64,000 nucleotides of DNA from the NCBI GenBank assembly GCA_015059405.1, contig SVAL01000011.1, forward strand, positions 3,806 through 67,805, given 5' to 3'. The translations under genes were made by a program, and so were the position numbers. The notes below the pieces were generated by a model. That model saw only the letters and a list, made by a program, of their open reading frames with translations, had not been told where the DNA came from and made no database searches. Every line of letters begins with the position of its first letter. Positions within the stretch are counted from its first letter, which is position 1. The DNA comes from Bacillota bacterium (GTDB taxonomy: Bacteria; Bacillota_I; Bacilli_A; RF39; UBA660). Shown one piece after another: positions 63,977-64,000 of the stretch.

Positions 63977-64000
63977 CTTTATAATTTGTAAATTCTGTTG

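Larger units (their letters stand above)
54258..64000. mobile_element. integrated mobilizable element (serine-recombinase type), right end beyond the window
   Basis: A terminal large serine recombinase, a MobA/VirD2-type relaxase, two XRE regulators, a sortase and small unknown cargo genes are all co-oriented. No T4SS genes are visible. The left boundary lies somewhere in 54140-54257. Confidence 0.7.

Noticed and set aside
1-64000. About 35 short (60-118 aa) ORFs in the track that lie antisense to, or out of frame within, long well-supported genes. Examples: 656-865, 5262-5471, 7755-8111, 12144-12338, 15971-16270, 16715-16918, 17672-17857, 19105-19341, 19757-19975, 22660-22890, 27455-27667, 27571-27759, 30357-30662, 34626-34811, 35305-35487, 39593-39820, 39956-40147, 44200-44445, 44884-45222, 46051-46323, 46645-46836, 48910-49119, 49871-50062, 51300-51515, 52838-53083, 53988-54218, 54523-54735, 57813-58037, 58055-58276, 58416-58649, 62328-62555, 63030-63356, 63510-63701.
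   Set aside because: Their translations are low-complexity L/F/I/S/Y-rich strings, typical of the reverse complement of K/E/N-rich genes in AT-rich DNA. They have no SD sequences, and every one is fully covered by a gene with clear family motifs or strong coding features.
1-64000. Search for rRNA, tRNA, CRISPR arrays, riboswitches or T-boxes.
   Set aside because: Intergenic gaps are nearly all under 150 nt and are explained by promoters and terminators. I saw no regularly spaced direct repeats and no cloverleaf-like or long structured leader regions. A covariance-model scan would be needed to exclude small ncRNAs formally.

Overview
This is a 64-kb chromosomal segment from a very AT-rich, endospore-forming Firmicute; the sequence alone does not allow finer placement. 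It holds about 73 tightly packed protein-coding genes, all but 10 on the minus strand. I saw no rRNA, tRNA, CRISPR array or convincing riboswitch.

Recognisable housekeeping content:
- adhE, folD, a Fur-family regulator with rubrerythrin, and trxA
- a RumA-type 23S rRNA m5U methyltransferase
- a gerA-type germinant-receptor operon
- the conserved rpsT / gpr-spoIIP-yqxA sporulation neighbourhood
- dtd-relA, murC and divIB-murB-murG

From about 54.2 kb to the right edge lies an integrated mobilizable element. It carries a large serine recombinase, a MobA/VirD2-type relaxase, two XRE regulators, a class B sortase, a SUFU-like immunity-type protein and several unknowns.

Items worth a second look:
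1. A G9 homopolymer sits exactly in the -35/-10 spacer of an orphan pilin-like gene.
2. A seven-gene, almost gap-free operon runs cutA / YgjV-like membrane protein / mini ferredoxin-thioredoxin-reductase-like protein / trxA / nucleoside-2-deoxyribosyltransferase-like protein / radical SAM / HD hydrolase. A separate three-gene unit of unknown function lies next to it.
3. A seven-gene array encodes single-pass membrane proteins. Three have cytoplasmic zinc ribbons, one carries an anthrax-LF/PPEP-like zincin domain, and one carries a trypsin-like domain whose triad looks replaced.
4. Two further membrane-anchored apparent pseudoenzymes are present, one iPGM-like and one YkuE-type metallophosphoesterase-like.
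5. Two very large envelope proteins with atypical composition lie upstream of murG.
6. The mobile element carries a cargo block of unknown function.

I cannot single out one of these as the novel system. Items 2, 3 and 6 are my best candidates. All functional calls rest on motif recognition and hand alignment by eye; no database search was run.
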